Origin: Botryllus schlosseri
Taxonomy: Eukaryota
Assembly: GCA_051294905.1 (NCBI GenBank)
Contig: CM119371.1
Span: 40,054,001 to 40,118,000, forward strand
Length of the DNA: 64,000 nucleotides
Reading direction: 5' to 3'
Of the stretch, positions 41,101 to 53,112 are shown piece after piece. The notes under the pieces were generated by a model that did no database searches, had not been told where the DNA came from, and saw only the letters and a list, made by a program, of their open reading frames with translations. Numbering within the stretch: position 1 is the stretch's first letter; the number at the start of each line of letters is the position of its first letter. The position numbers and the translations under genes were made by a program.

Positions 41101-42140
41101 CTGAACCTTGCAGAGGTTCACACCACCCCTAGTATTTTGTGAACCATTTTTGTGATAAATATTCTCGGAGCGCAAAGTTGAACAGTGTTTAATTGTGTGT
41201 GCCTGCTAGTTATTCCAGTGCCCATAATATTAATCCAATTATGCTTTGCGAACGTAAATCGGGAAATGCAGCAATGTAGTAAAAATCAATGTTTTAAATA
41301 GCAACCAATTGTCGCGATGCGAGCTATGCTCAATACTAAGTAAAAACCCTTTGTGATGGCGGTAAGGGATAAGTACTGATTGGCCGCGCTCGCTTGTAAT
41401 CATAATTCTTGTCTGTCTTTCGTGCTCTAGAATTGTCGCGCCGTGTTACTGCTCAGTCCAGCGACGAATGCCGAGCGCGCGGCAATCAATGACATAATTT
41501 TGCAGTCGCAATAATTTCGCAATGGTCGAGGCCCGCGTAACACTGATAATACGACTTGTTGAATTGCAACTGAATATTAGCGTCAGAATGGTCATTTCCA
41601 AAGGACGGGGTTTTGCATTTCCAAAGGGGTGTCGACACCCGGCTACGCGCCTGTCGCCACCCCATGCAAAAATAAAAGTCGGCGCCTATGGGACCCCGTA
41701 CGCATGCTAGATCTTTTACATCGGACAACGATATCAACTTCATTGGTTGGTTGAATAAGCATCATTCGCTGACTACGTGTAGTGTATTTCGCTCTTGATG
41801 CTGTGTGATTACGGGTCAAGCTCACAGCTGAGTGACACTAAGTATTCACAAACGGAGAGCTGGATATTTCAAGCAAACTTTTGTAGCAAAGAAATTAAAA
41901 TTCTTGAGATTGTCAAGGTGCATGCTTGTGCACTGTTGATTTTTATGGTGTAAGCGCGATGTATAGACTGACCCGCAGTTGAAATGCAATAAATTGTGAC
42001 CAAGGATGTCATAATGACGTGAAAATTGTAATATATCAAAAAGGTTAACAGTGCACAACCGGATATATCAAGGTTCGTTTGTGAACGTGAACCTCTAAAT
42101 TTCAGAGGTTCACATATAGAACGCGAACACGAACCTCACA
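38164..42140 (-). mobile_element. Large outer copy of the TAGGGATGGTGTGAAC family carrying ~3 kb of cargo
   Basis: 38164-38520 is the reverse complement of 40730-41050 and 41690-42140 is the reverse complement of 40200-40640; right terminus lost. Confidence 0.6.
40187..41131 (+). mobile_element. hAT MITE (GTTCAC/GTGAAC subterminal repeats)
   Basis: TIR tagggatggtgtgaac / gttcacaccaccccta, perfect TSD GTATTTTG. Confidence 0.9.
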
Positions 42141-43373
42141 AATCATAAACTGGAAATATTTTTTGCGTTCCGCGCCACTTACTTCCAGCTAGAATTTATT
42201 GTCTCTCTGTTCTTTCGCATATTTGACGTCACGTTAACGTTCATGATCCACACAAAACTGTAGTTGGCCTAATATACGAATACGACATATTCTCTTTATG
42301 GTTAGGGTTCTGGTAAAAATCCTTTTGCCTCTGCTTAAATTCACTTTTAATCGAAGCAATAATTAAAATCATGATTTTACTAATAATAAAACAATAACAG
42401 AACATGGAATAAATGAGGACCATACCAATTAATATAATGGAGCATATCGAATCAACTGAATAATTCGCAGCTCGGAGTCACCATCCCATAGTTCAAGTAG
42501 TTCAATCTCACTGGCAGAAATGGGTCGCCAGAATTGCCGTTAACCTGTTCCCAGATACGTTGAGTAGGGCAGGTGCAGGGTAGCAGGTCTGAAGGTTCTG
42601 AGTCACAAGTCAGTCTCACTTTCATAGTTTTGAGTCGAGTCATTTTCAAATTACCACCGAGTCAAGTCCTAGTCGGAGTCAGGATGTAGGACTGGCATTA
42701 TTTTTTGTGTACATATTTCATTTTTCTAGGTCAATTATACAGTTGTTACTTAAATGATGTGTGATACTCGAATACTCGACTAGACGCCGAATGCGCGATT
42801 CAGAATCGAATCCCTCAGGTAATTGATTTCGATCAGCCCTAATGTTGAGTATAGTCTGAATTATCTATAACACTAGCATATGTAGCATGAGTATCATTGA
42901 TGATATCTGGAGTAGTTTCTGGATGCGAAAAACTATGTCCTGTTTATGTACAAATGCATATGGTTATAAAATAATAAACCACATTCACACAACTCCCCAG
43001 AAAATAAAACAGCCGCAAAAATATATAAAGTCAGCGCGGAGGAATTAAATCAAATATCAAGGGTGAATGCCTGACATAAAATCGACCTAAATTAAATCCA
43101 CCCTATACATTTAATATCGGAGTGGACGGGGCAATATTGAATATTTTCCAAATACAAAACATTTCTTATAGTGCAACACGCTGTAGATTTTTCCATGGTA
43201 ATGTAGGCCTAAGTAGGCCTACATTGCAGAAGGGGGTTCTTAAATCCCGAAAACTTGAATAAAAATTGACATTACGGATGGCCCCCATTTTCCAGCTGGT
43301 GACCTCTCAATTTTTGCACACAAGGGGCTAAAAATGCACATTACCAAACTAAATTTAATATAATATATCTGAC

Positions 43374-44768
43374 CTTTGTACAAATCGTTTTGTGATTTTG
43401 AGAAGACGACGCCTGCCACGAATCGTCGCACAACGGACCATCGTTCTTCATGGAGATGTTCTTCATCGAAGCGAGAGAACTCGTTGAGATTCATTTCTGT
43501 TATAAAAATCGCTGCCAGGTATTCTTGAAGGCTTTGATGACAGAAAAACAATGTGAAATTTCCTTCCATCAAATGTTGGCTTAGTAGGTTGCTCCCCGGA
43601 ACTTTAGTCATCAAATCTTGGACTTCATCTGCCGAGATTCCAAGTTTCTTCAAGTCCCTCTTTTTGAACACGACCCGTCCTTCTCTCATGCCTCGAAATG
43701 CCAATTTCTTCAGTTTGTTGACGATCGATAAAATTTGTTCCCGATTTCGAATGTTTTCGACGCTTTGTAAAGATGATATGATCCTGCAGTATAGTTCTGT
43801 CACCGTTGTTGGAGGAGGTTTATCTGGATCCCTTCCCATCACAACTGCCGTAAGAATCAGAAAAACGGGCACAGAGATTAAATTGATCAATCTTGGTGAC
43901 ATAGTCTCAATTTTCTGCCAGAGGTCCTCACCATTCTCTTGGAGTAAAAATGCAAATAACCTATGCGCGTCATCATACGTAAGGCCATTCAGCGTGATGA
44001 TGGTTTCGGGTCGCGCCATCGCCGGTAACTCTGAAACCTTGAACTCGCGCGAAGCTATGTAGACATTAACGTGACGCAGGATATTCCGGGATAAAATGTT
44101 GTACATGACTGTCCCGCAGCTTGCTTTTTCGTGCTTTTTCATTTTGCGTGGATTTTTCTCAAAATGCCACCTTGCTTGATCAAGTCCGTCGAATATGAGG
44201 AGTGCATCGGATTGATGTTGATCCAGCCATTTGAATGCCTGATCCTCTTCAAATTCACTTTCGAAGAGCCCTCCAAATAAAAATTTGGATGGTTTAATCT
44301 TGCCCTTCACTTCAACGTCTTTCAATTCAATATAATGGACCATTATTTTACCGAAAGAGGGCAGATCTTCAAAATGCTCAATTTCGCAAGATGCGCCGAG
44401 AGCTCTTCGAGCTATTCTGCGTGTAAGTGTGGATTTTCCCGATCCTGCAGATGCCACAATAGCGGTTATACCCACAGTTGCTGATAAGCCTGATTTTTTC
44501 TTTTGCCACATGGATGCCACTACGTCCTCGATCCCGACATCTTTCGCTTCAATCGTGTCTTTCCGAAAAAATCCAACTTCCTGTGTCAGCTGGTTATGGC
44601 CATGGCGACCTTTGTAATAATCATCAACGTCAACGCGACGCATCTGTGGGTAAACTTCAAAGTCAGGTTGCTGAAGCTTTTCATGTCGAAAGTCATCAAG
44701 GATACCAATGGCCGTCACATCCATAGTATTTTCGTTGCAAATTTGTATGAGTTTTGTGTAGCTTATAT
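43374..44768 (-). CDS. NACHT-domain (NLR-like) protein, large internal phase 1-1 exon
   Basis: Walker A ASAGSGKST, Walker B LLIFDGLDQ, sensor IASR, ISVPVFL, winged-helix FCHQSLQEYLAA; acceptor ccttcttttcag at 44769, donor gtcaga at 43373; open throughout. Confidence 0.93.
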
Positions 44769-46121
44769 CTGAAAAGAAGGTAATATTTCAAATCTACTAC
44801 TACGAACCAGAGCCATCCTTTCTTGTATCGCAATTCGACTGCGCATCAACTTTCAAATGCGACTAGCAATGAGGTCCGGCAGATTTGCAATGATTCGAGT
44901 CATAACTTGAGTTAATGTATGTATCGACTCGACTTGTATTCGAGTCATTGCGCAAGAATCGACACATGTTACATGACTTATTCGAGTCAGATATATCAGT
45001 CAGTGTTGGGATGACTCGAGTCACCTTTTTCGTGTGACTTGACTTGACTCTAGTCACTTTGCAATAGTGACTTGACTCGAAGTTTCAAAAATCCGGATTG
45101 AATCGTGACTCGAAGCAAAATTTACGAGTCAATTTCAGATCATTAAGTAATCGATATCGACTAAGTCGCTGTATCTTGTATAAGTTCAAATTGTGCGAAC
45201 GATACGTCGGTGTGATCTGTGAGAGCAGCCAATTACTCAATGGTTGTACGTTTTACCGAGCCTCAGTAGTAGGGTTTGGTCAAATTGTTGCCCGCCAATC
45301 AGAGAGCGCCACGTCATCCTAATTGCCACGCCCATTTTCATCCCCTAAGGGTACATTCATCTGATACGTCATCTGTGCCACATCATCAAGCGCCACGCCT
45401 ATAGTGCCACATTATCCATCCATTGCTATATCATCACTGCATTGATTGCCGCATCTTGATACTTTTCTCAGATATTGTATTATGTGTATTTAGGACTAAT
45501 ATCATCCGTCCATATTTTTTAAACTTGATTTTATGTGTATAAGTTACGGTTTCTGCAGTTTCCACATTTTAGGACTTATGATTGCCGCGTCAAAACTTAC
45601 CTTGGCTAGAATCGACAGATATTGTATTATGTGTATTTAGGACTATGTATTTAAATTCCTACATGAATGCGAAAACTATGATGTCTATGCAAGGCTATAT
45701 TCTCCGGATAATATTATTATTATGAAAATTCTACACATCATCACTAATTACTTAATATAAAATGCGATTTTGAGCGCTGCGACTTGATAATATCAATCCC
45801 TACGCTTCTGATGCATGATTTTTTGTGATAAGGACCTAGGTAACATTCAGAGTCTGCAACGATTGTTTGGATATACATTATAGCAATACCCCACCAAACT
45901 ATAGGCGGTTATATTACTCTATTGGTCAGAGATAACTCATCCGTCCATATTTTTAAATTTGATTTTATGTCTACAAGTTACGGTCTCTGCAGCCTCCACA
46001 TTTTACGACTTATTTTCATTAGACGCAGGCAAGCGATTCTCCAGCTCGGAGCTACGAAAACAAATCACTTGCATGTGCGCGTTCCGAATAGTCTTGTAGA
46101 ATTTTCTAAAGTCGTAACAGC

Positions 46122-46251
46122 TTAGTAGCATATACGCGAATCCCAAGGCGAAAATTATCAAACGAACTATAGCCGCCGGCGTGCGAAGCTTCAGTAGAAT
46201 ATACGCAAATCCCAAGGCGAAAATAATCGAACGAAGTTTAGCCGCAGGCGC
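46122..46251 (+). repeat. Two tandem copies of a ~70-bp unit
   Basis: agtagcatatacgcgaatcccaaggcgaaaa...agccgc repeated. Confidence 0.8.
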
Positions 46252-46627
46252 GAGATTCGCCGGGCTCTAATTATACAAACACTCTCTCTGCCTGTACGCG
46301 AACCCTAGCGTTATAACGACATGGTCTGATTAGCGCATTCTGAAACCATAAATTTATTCAACTTCATTGAGATAGCCATGATTTAAAGATGGTAATCGAG
46401 TGTGACAATAGCACTCGTCAAGGTTATACAAACATAACCTTAAACTAATCTTTACTTCATAACATATAAGGTTATAAAAGTAAGCAGATTTGTATGAAAG
46501 CACGCTACATAGAAGTGAAAGTAGTCTGGAAACATAACTACTTACTGAAAAATCGTTACGTAGAAGTGGGGTTAGTCTACAAATATAACCACTAGCTTAC
46601 TTTGAAATCTCTACTTGTACTTGTATT

Positions 46628-47214
46628 GGAGCAGAATTGTGACCGATACATTAATGATTTTAATACTCTGTATTTTAAATTACCCACACCTTTGAGTCGA
46701 AATGTTCTTAAGTAACTCATGTTTTCAATATCACCTAAACGCAAAGTTCCAAAATTTCCATGTTGATCAAATACCACAAACTTTGCTTGCTTTCAGACTT
46801 AGTAACAAAGCGCATAACAGATTTCACCTAAATAAGTCGGTACTCCGAAAATTTTGTAAATTAGAGCTTTTCGGTGATGGACTTAAGTTCCAATGCACAA
46901 GTGTTCACGTAGGTTCGAATGGAGCAGAATTGTGACCGATGCATTAATGATTTTAATACGTACGTATTTTAAATTACCCACGCCTATGAGTCGAAATTTT
47001 CTTAAGTAACTCATGTTTTCAATATCACCTAAACGCAAAGTTCCAATATTTCCATGTTGATCAAATACCACAAATTTTGCTTGCTTTCAGACTTGGTAAC
47101 AAAGCGCATAACAGAATTCACCTAAAAAAGTCGGTACTCCGAAAATTTTGTAAATTAGAGCTTTTTGGTGATGGACTTAAGTTCCAATGAACAAGTGTTC
47201 ACGTAGGTTCGAAT
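46628..47214 (+). repeat. Tandem duplication of a ~294-bp unit, mirrored from 63468 to 64000
   Basis: ggagcagaattgtgaccgat at 46628 and 46921; both units end gttcacgtaggttcgaat. Confidence 0.9.
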
Positions 47215-50200
47215 CCCACACCCAGAACGTTTTACGAGAATTAACATTTTTAGATTCAAATAGAGCATATTGAGTATTAGAGGCGTTTACACTATGGAGT
47301 TCGTAAGCTTTGCTTGAGTTTTTTAAATTAAGGTAGAAGTAGCCATTTCCGAGTAAGTAAAACGTTAGTATTTTAGGTTCATTTCTGCTTAATACAATAA
47401 TCATCGTGGTGTTGAAGCAGTCCAATATCATTTACACTTGAAAGAATTTGTTGCGTGCAGCTAAAAACCTAATTGAGTACTCTGAAGAAGTACAAGTAGC
47501 ACAGTTTGTGGTGTTTGTATGACATCAAAATTTACGTACTTTTCGCTTACCTTATGTTAATAGTGTTCCTCGTCTATCTACTTTATAAGATTTAGTGTAG
47601 AAATTCAGTAGAAATGTAAACACGCTTGAATATGAGTAAAACTCATTACACTATTACACTACAGCATTACACTATGACTGATTATTTCAATTAGCAAGCA
47701 TAATAGATCATCACCTAATGAATGCAAGGACGAGTTCGCAAGTGGAAAATAAGTCAGATCGCTCGAAATAATAGTCCCGAGTTGCGTAAAGATAATGTTC
47801 TCCCCGTAGCTGAGATCAAGGTTTGCAATTTCGCCTATGGGAATGAGGTATTAGAAAATACCAATTCGAGAGGTTCTCTACTAGATAGTGCCTATAGCTT
47901 TCAATACCACAAACTTTGCTTGCTTTCAGAGCCGGCAACTAAATTCAAGACAGACTTTACGCAAAACTTGCTATTCTGAAAATTTTGTCAAGGTAATGGT
48001 TTAAAAACTTATACTTGAGCACTACGAAATGTACAAGTACTTTATCTTTACACGACGTTTTTTGTAAAATGAATACTAATTTTATTGAAAAAATAAAAAA
48101 GAGCGAAAAATTACATTTTATCCCGAAACGCAACAAGAAAAATCGTATGAATTTGTAAACTACTTATTCATGACATAATAATAATTCTACTTGTACACTT
48201 TTTCACATTTTATAACACTTTGAGTAGTACTTAACAGTTTCAGTTTTAAATAAAATACGGAATATAAACTAATCGAAAAATTCGGTAACCAATTTCGCGT
48301 AGGCTATGCATACAAATGAGGAAAGTTACATCAACGCGTGTTAAACTAGTTGTATCGAGATATCGAATGATTTTTTCCTTCATCAAAACAACTAGAATGT
48401 GTAACTACATTTAAAAAACGTATCTAAATGAGCTCCAGGGCATTGTGATTATGCAGCCTACCAAATTTCATCACACATTTCATGATGGAGCAACTTTAAA
48501 ACTAACGCAGTTCTATAGCAACTTTTACCTAAATCTGTCTTCGGTAGAGTGTAAATATACATAGTCAGCTTTAATAACAGAATTACCATGCTAATATGTG
48601 ACTCCCCACCTTGAAACTTGATACGTAGTTGTAGGACATTGTGATGATGCGGCATACCAAATTTCCTCACGCATTTCATAACGGAGCAACTTTAAAACTA
48701 ACGCGGCTCTACATCGACTTTTTGCCTACAGCTGTTTTGCGGGGAGGGGCGTATAGCACGTACCTATACATAGTCAACTTTAACAACGGAATTACCGTGC
48801 TTAACATTGAATCCCAACTCTAAACTTGATACGTAGTTGTGGGACATTATGGCAATGCACCATGCTAAATTTCATCACACATCCAATGATGGAACACCTT
48901 TAAAACTAACGCAGTCGAATACCGACTTTTACGCATATCTGTTTTGCGTGAACATAGCATATACCTAAACATAGTCAATTTTAATAGCAGAATTGCCGTG
49001 TTAAACATTGAATTCTCACCATGAAAGTTGGTACGCGGTTATAGGAGGCTATAACAATGCGCCATACCAAATCCCATCACACATTTCATGATGGAACAAC
49101 TTTAAAACTAACGCGGCTCTACATCGACTTTTTGCGTACATCTGTTTTGTGGGAGCGTATAGCACGTACCCATACATAGCCAACTTTAATAACGGAATTA
49201 CCATGCTTAACATTGAATCCCAACTCGATACTTGATACGTAGTTGTAGGACATTATGGCAATGCACCATGCTGAATTTCATCACACATCTAATGATGGAA
49301 CACCTTTAACACTAACGCAGTTCTATACCAACTTCGCAGGAATCTGTTTGCGGGAGCGTAGCACGTACCTATGCGTGATCAACTTTAGTGATGGAATTAC
49401 AGATGTAATTAAGTTTCAACACTTTTACAACGATTCGTCTTGCTTCCTATAACATCCCACTCGACGCCCTCTTTATTAGGCTGTAATCTCAGCCTGAGCT
49501 ATGTCTTGAAGCCTACGGGACTCTGCAAATTGTTTCGATTTATTCTCTCCGTTTCAATTCAAGATAAGGAAGCCCATTTCACTCAAAATATCGATGCCTA
49601 CGGTACTCTACAAAATTTTCTGATTAATTCTTCCTATGCTTATTTATCATAAGAAAGATGATTTGACACCTAAAGTACGAAATACTTGTTCGCTTGAGCT
49701 AAGCCGCAGCGCTCGGAGTGGAATTTACTAACGCAGTCGAATACCGACTTTTACGCATATCTGTTTTGCGTGAACATAGCATATACCTATACTTAGTCAA
49801 TTTTAATAGCAGAATCACAATGCTAAACATTGAATTCCCACCTTGACAGTTGATACGCGGTTACAGGACATGACAACAATGCACCATACCAAATTCCGTC
49901 GCACATTTCATGATGGAACAACTTTAAAACTAACGCGGCTCTACACCGACTTTTTGCGTACATATGTTTTGTGGGAGCGTATGATAACACGTACCCATAC
50001 ATAGTCAATTTTAATAACGGAAATACCATGCTTAACATTGAATCCCAACTCGAAACTTGATACGTAGTTGTAGGACATTATGGCAATGCACCATATCAAA
50101 TTTCGTCACACATTTCATGATGTAACACCTTTAAAACTAACGCAGTTCTCTACAGACTTTTGCGTAAATCTGTTTTTCGGTAGCGTAGCACGTACCTATA

Positions 50201-51906
50201 CATAGTAAGCTTCAATAACGGAAGTACCATGCTAATAATCAAATCCCCACCCTGAAACTTTGTACGCATGCAGTTGTAGGACATAATGAAAATACACCAT
50301 ACCAAATTTCGTCAGACATTTCATGATGTAGCACCTTTAAAACCAACGCAGTTCTATACCGACTTTTGACTAAATCTATTTGTCCGTAGCGTAGCACGTA
50401 CCTATACAGTATACATAGTCAACTTTAATAACGGAATTACCATGTTGATAATTGACTCCCCACCTTGAAACTCGGTACACTGTAAAAAATAAAGGTGGAT
50501 TTTAGGGTGGAATTAGGGAGGAAATATTGTTTCCACTCATGATCAAGGGAGGGTGACTATAATACACCTCCTGAAAGGTGATATCCTCCTTTCCACCCCT
50601 GTTTGACAGTGGATGATGAATCCGCCTATACGCGTGAGGTGCGCATACGGGGTTGTTGTCGCGAAATTTAATGCGTGCGCCCAAGGTGGCTGGTTAAACA
50701 CACATATGAAGGCCGGAAGGACATTGGTATGTAATATGTGACCCTCATATCGGTGCACAGAGACAGCGAGATAATAGTTATAAGCCAACCGCGCAACCGT
50801 GCACATAATCATTGAATGAAAATCTCTATCTTCATTGCGGGGAGCAGATATTTGTTCAATGTTCAGTTTGAAAGTGTTGGAATCAACAATTATTCAATCG
50901 CCCGTTGGTCGTCCGCTGTACTAGTAGTTCGTCCGTTACTATATAGGTTACTACGTATGTTAGTTATATGCCGTTACCGTATATAGTTAGAAGTTTGTTG
51001 TTGCCATTGTTACGGTGCGAGTTACTAGGTCTGTGATTTTTACTGTGACGTCAGAATGATACAGACGGTGAATGAAATCGTCAGACTGATGCCTGCTTCT
51101 GATTGGTTGTTGTATCACTAAAAAGTTCGGGTGGTAAAAAGATGGCGCCGACAACACAGTTGTCTTCGACAAATTTTGTAGTAAGAGAAGCGAGTTTTTG
51201 TGAGTCCATGGAGTATACGAGAGGGAGATAGTTGGCTTTGGATTATGGATTGGCGTTGTGATGCTTGTATTAGAAATGCGTTATCGTGTTGGACATACTT
51301 GCCCAGCCTGTCAAGTCTTCGGCTGTGAAATTGGATCGTGCAATCACATTGCCACGGCATGCAACAGCTACAGATGCCATTTAGATTCTCATCACATGAC
51401 GGTGCAGGCCAGATACCAGCTATTCATGAGCATTTGCTAATCAATCTGTCTGTTTAGGTAGCCATGAAATTGTTAGTTAAGCTATCAAATTATTGTCCGC
51501 TGATTACTGTCGACGACGCTTCTGAGATAAGAAGAGAGGTTTCGGAAATACACAAAGGTGAACTCCATGATCGTGACTTCAAAATCCAGTGTTATGACAG
51601 AAGATTAGGCCAGTATCTAGATCTGGAGTATGCGGATGTCGGAGATGATGACGTCTTCAAAGAGGACATTGCAATATGTCAAGTAATTGTAAGTAAGCAC
51701 ACACTGAATTCACATCATTTACTTGCTGCTAGCTGAACATTTTTTAGTAGTCCAATTCTAGTGCGATAGTCGTTACATTTCTATTGTCGAATTTATCCAG
51801 CGTATAATCCACTGGTAGCCGTGGCCCGTCGGTATACAGTTTTGTAGGACCGAATTCTGCAGTACGCTTCTTGTTTTGTAATGCCACCCCTGGTCTGCTC
51901 ATATAC

Positions 51907-52278
51907 TAGGCTTACCATACGTCCTCTTTTGAGAGGATTTGTCCTCTTTTTTGACTTTTTTGAAAGTGTCCTCGGAGGACGCCCTTTTGTCCTCTTTTTT
52001 GAGATTTTGTCCTCTTTTTTGAAAATTTAGGTCAGATTTAGAGCAAATTGCGAGTGATATGCCGCAAATTAGCACAGAAGTGAAGCTCCGGGGGGTATTT
52101 CGGAGTGAAAAACGGTGATTTGAGCTCTGAGCGAAAAGGTGATTTTTTTTTTTTTTTAGTCATCCACCTGGAAATGTGGAGAGAAAAACGGTATTTTGAG
52201 AATTCTACTCCGGTTTTGCAAGTTTTAAATTTCTGAAAAAGTGTCCTCTTTTTAGATTTCCAAAATATGTTAAGCCTA
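51907..52278 (+). mobile_element. hAT MITE in intron 1 of the accessory gene
   Basis: TIR taggcttaccata / tatgttaagccta, TSD tcatatac / ccatatac. Confidence 0.88.
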
Positions 52279-52909
52279 CCATATACCTGCTTTTGATTGC
52301 GTTTGCGTAATATTGATAGTATATTGACTCTTGCTGGTGCGAGACAACATTGTTGTGTTTAAGAACTACGATTGGTTGTGTGTCGCACGTCCAACAGCTT
52401 TCAAAAATGCTTCATGAAGACTAAGTTTCGGTGTCACTGTACTGAATGTCCTATCAAGTTAATTTGAATTATTCCACGCCCGCAAAAGTAAAGTATATGC
52501 ATATTGCATATTGTATATCCACACAAGTGCATGCCATCTCACAGTTTGAAAAGCAATGCTGCAAAGCCAATTTTGGTTCCGTCAGTATTCCTTGCTCCCA
52601 TAAGTACACATCTCTTTACCCAGGTAAATATTGCATTGCCGAGAAAATGAGTGATCCATTGGATGTGCTGTCGGAAATCGCCCTCAATTCGACGCCAGGT
52701 ACTCATGACAGAAACGACAGTTCTGGTGAGTTATACTAAATTTTGAACTGAGCTGTTGGTTTTAACAGAACTTACGATCTCGTCAATTATGCAATCAAGT
52801 AATTAATTGTGATCCATTATTTGCCATATGTGCTCATTAGTCATGTTCAATTGTACAGCAATCAACATCCGGACTTGCCATGAGTTTTTGTGCCGTTTTT
52901 GATCTATGC

Positions 52910-53112
52910 CAGGGGGATCAACCTGTAGCCTTAGAAGCCGATATGAATAAATAGGTGAGCTCGGAGTATAAAATAAATGGACATAATCGACAATTTAATG
53001 CGGATATTTGGCTTCAAGTTGGTGCATTACGACTGTGCGCTGGAATGCGGCCGCATGCTGTTTTAATATTAGGAAATCAGGCCGTGAATAGCAAAAAGGT
53101 TGGTCAACCCTG
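52910..53112. mobile_element. Small hAT MITE in intron 2 of the accessory gene
   Basis: cagggggatcaacct / aggttggtcaaccctg, TSD atctatgc / atctacac. Confidence 0.65.

Noticed and set aside
43240..43373. C-terminal tail of the 494-aa ORF
   Set aside because: Probably read-through into the intron past the gtcaga donor; the listed ATG is also internal to the exon.
43553..44772. Plus-strand ORFs (169, 62, 82 and 89 aa) overlapping the NACHT exon
   Set aside because: Antisense shadows of a real coding exon; no motifs.
48460..50477. 148-bp repeat as a CRISPR or ribozyme-containing retrozyme array
   Set aside because: Whole units are homologous and no complete hammerhead core was found on either strand.
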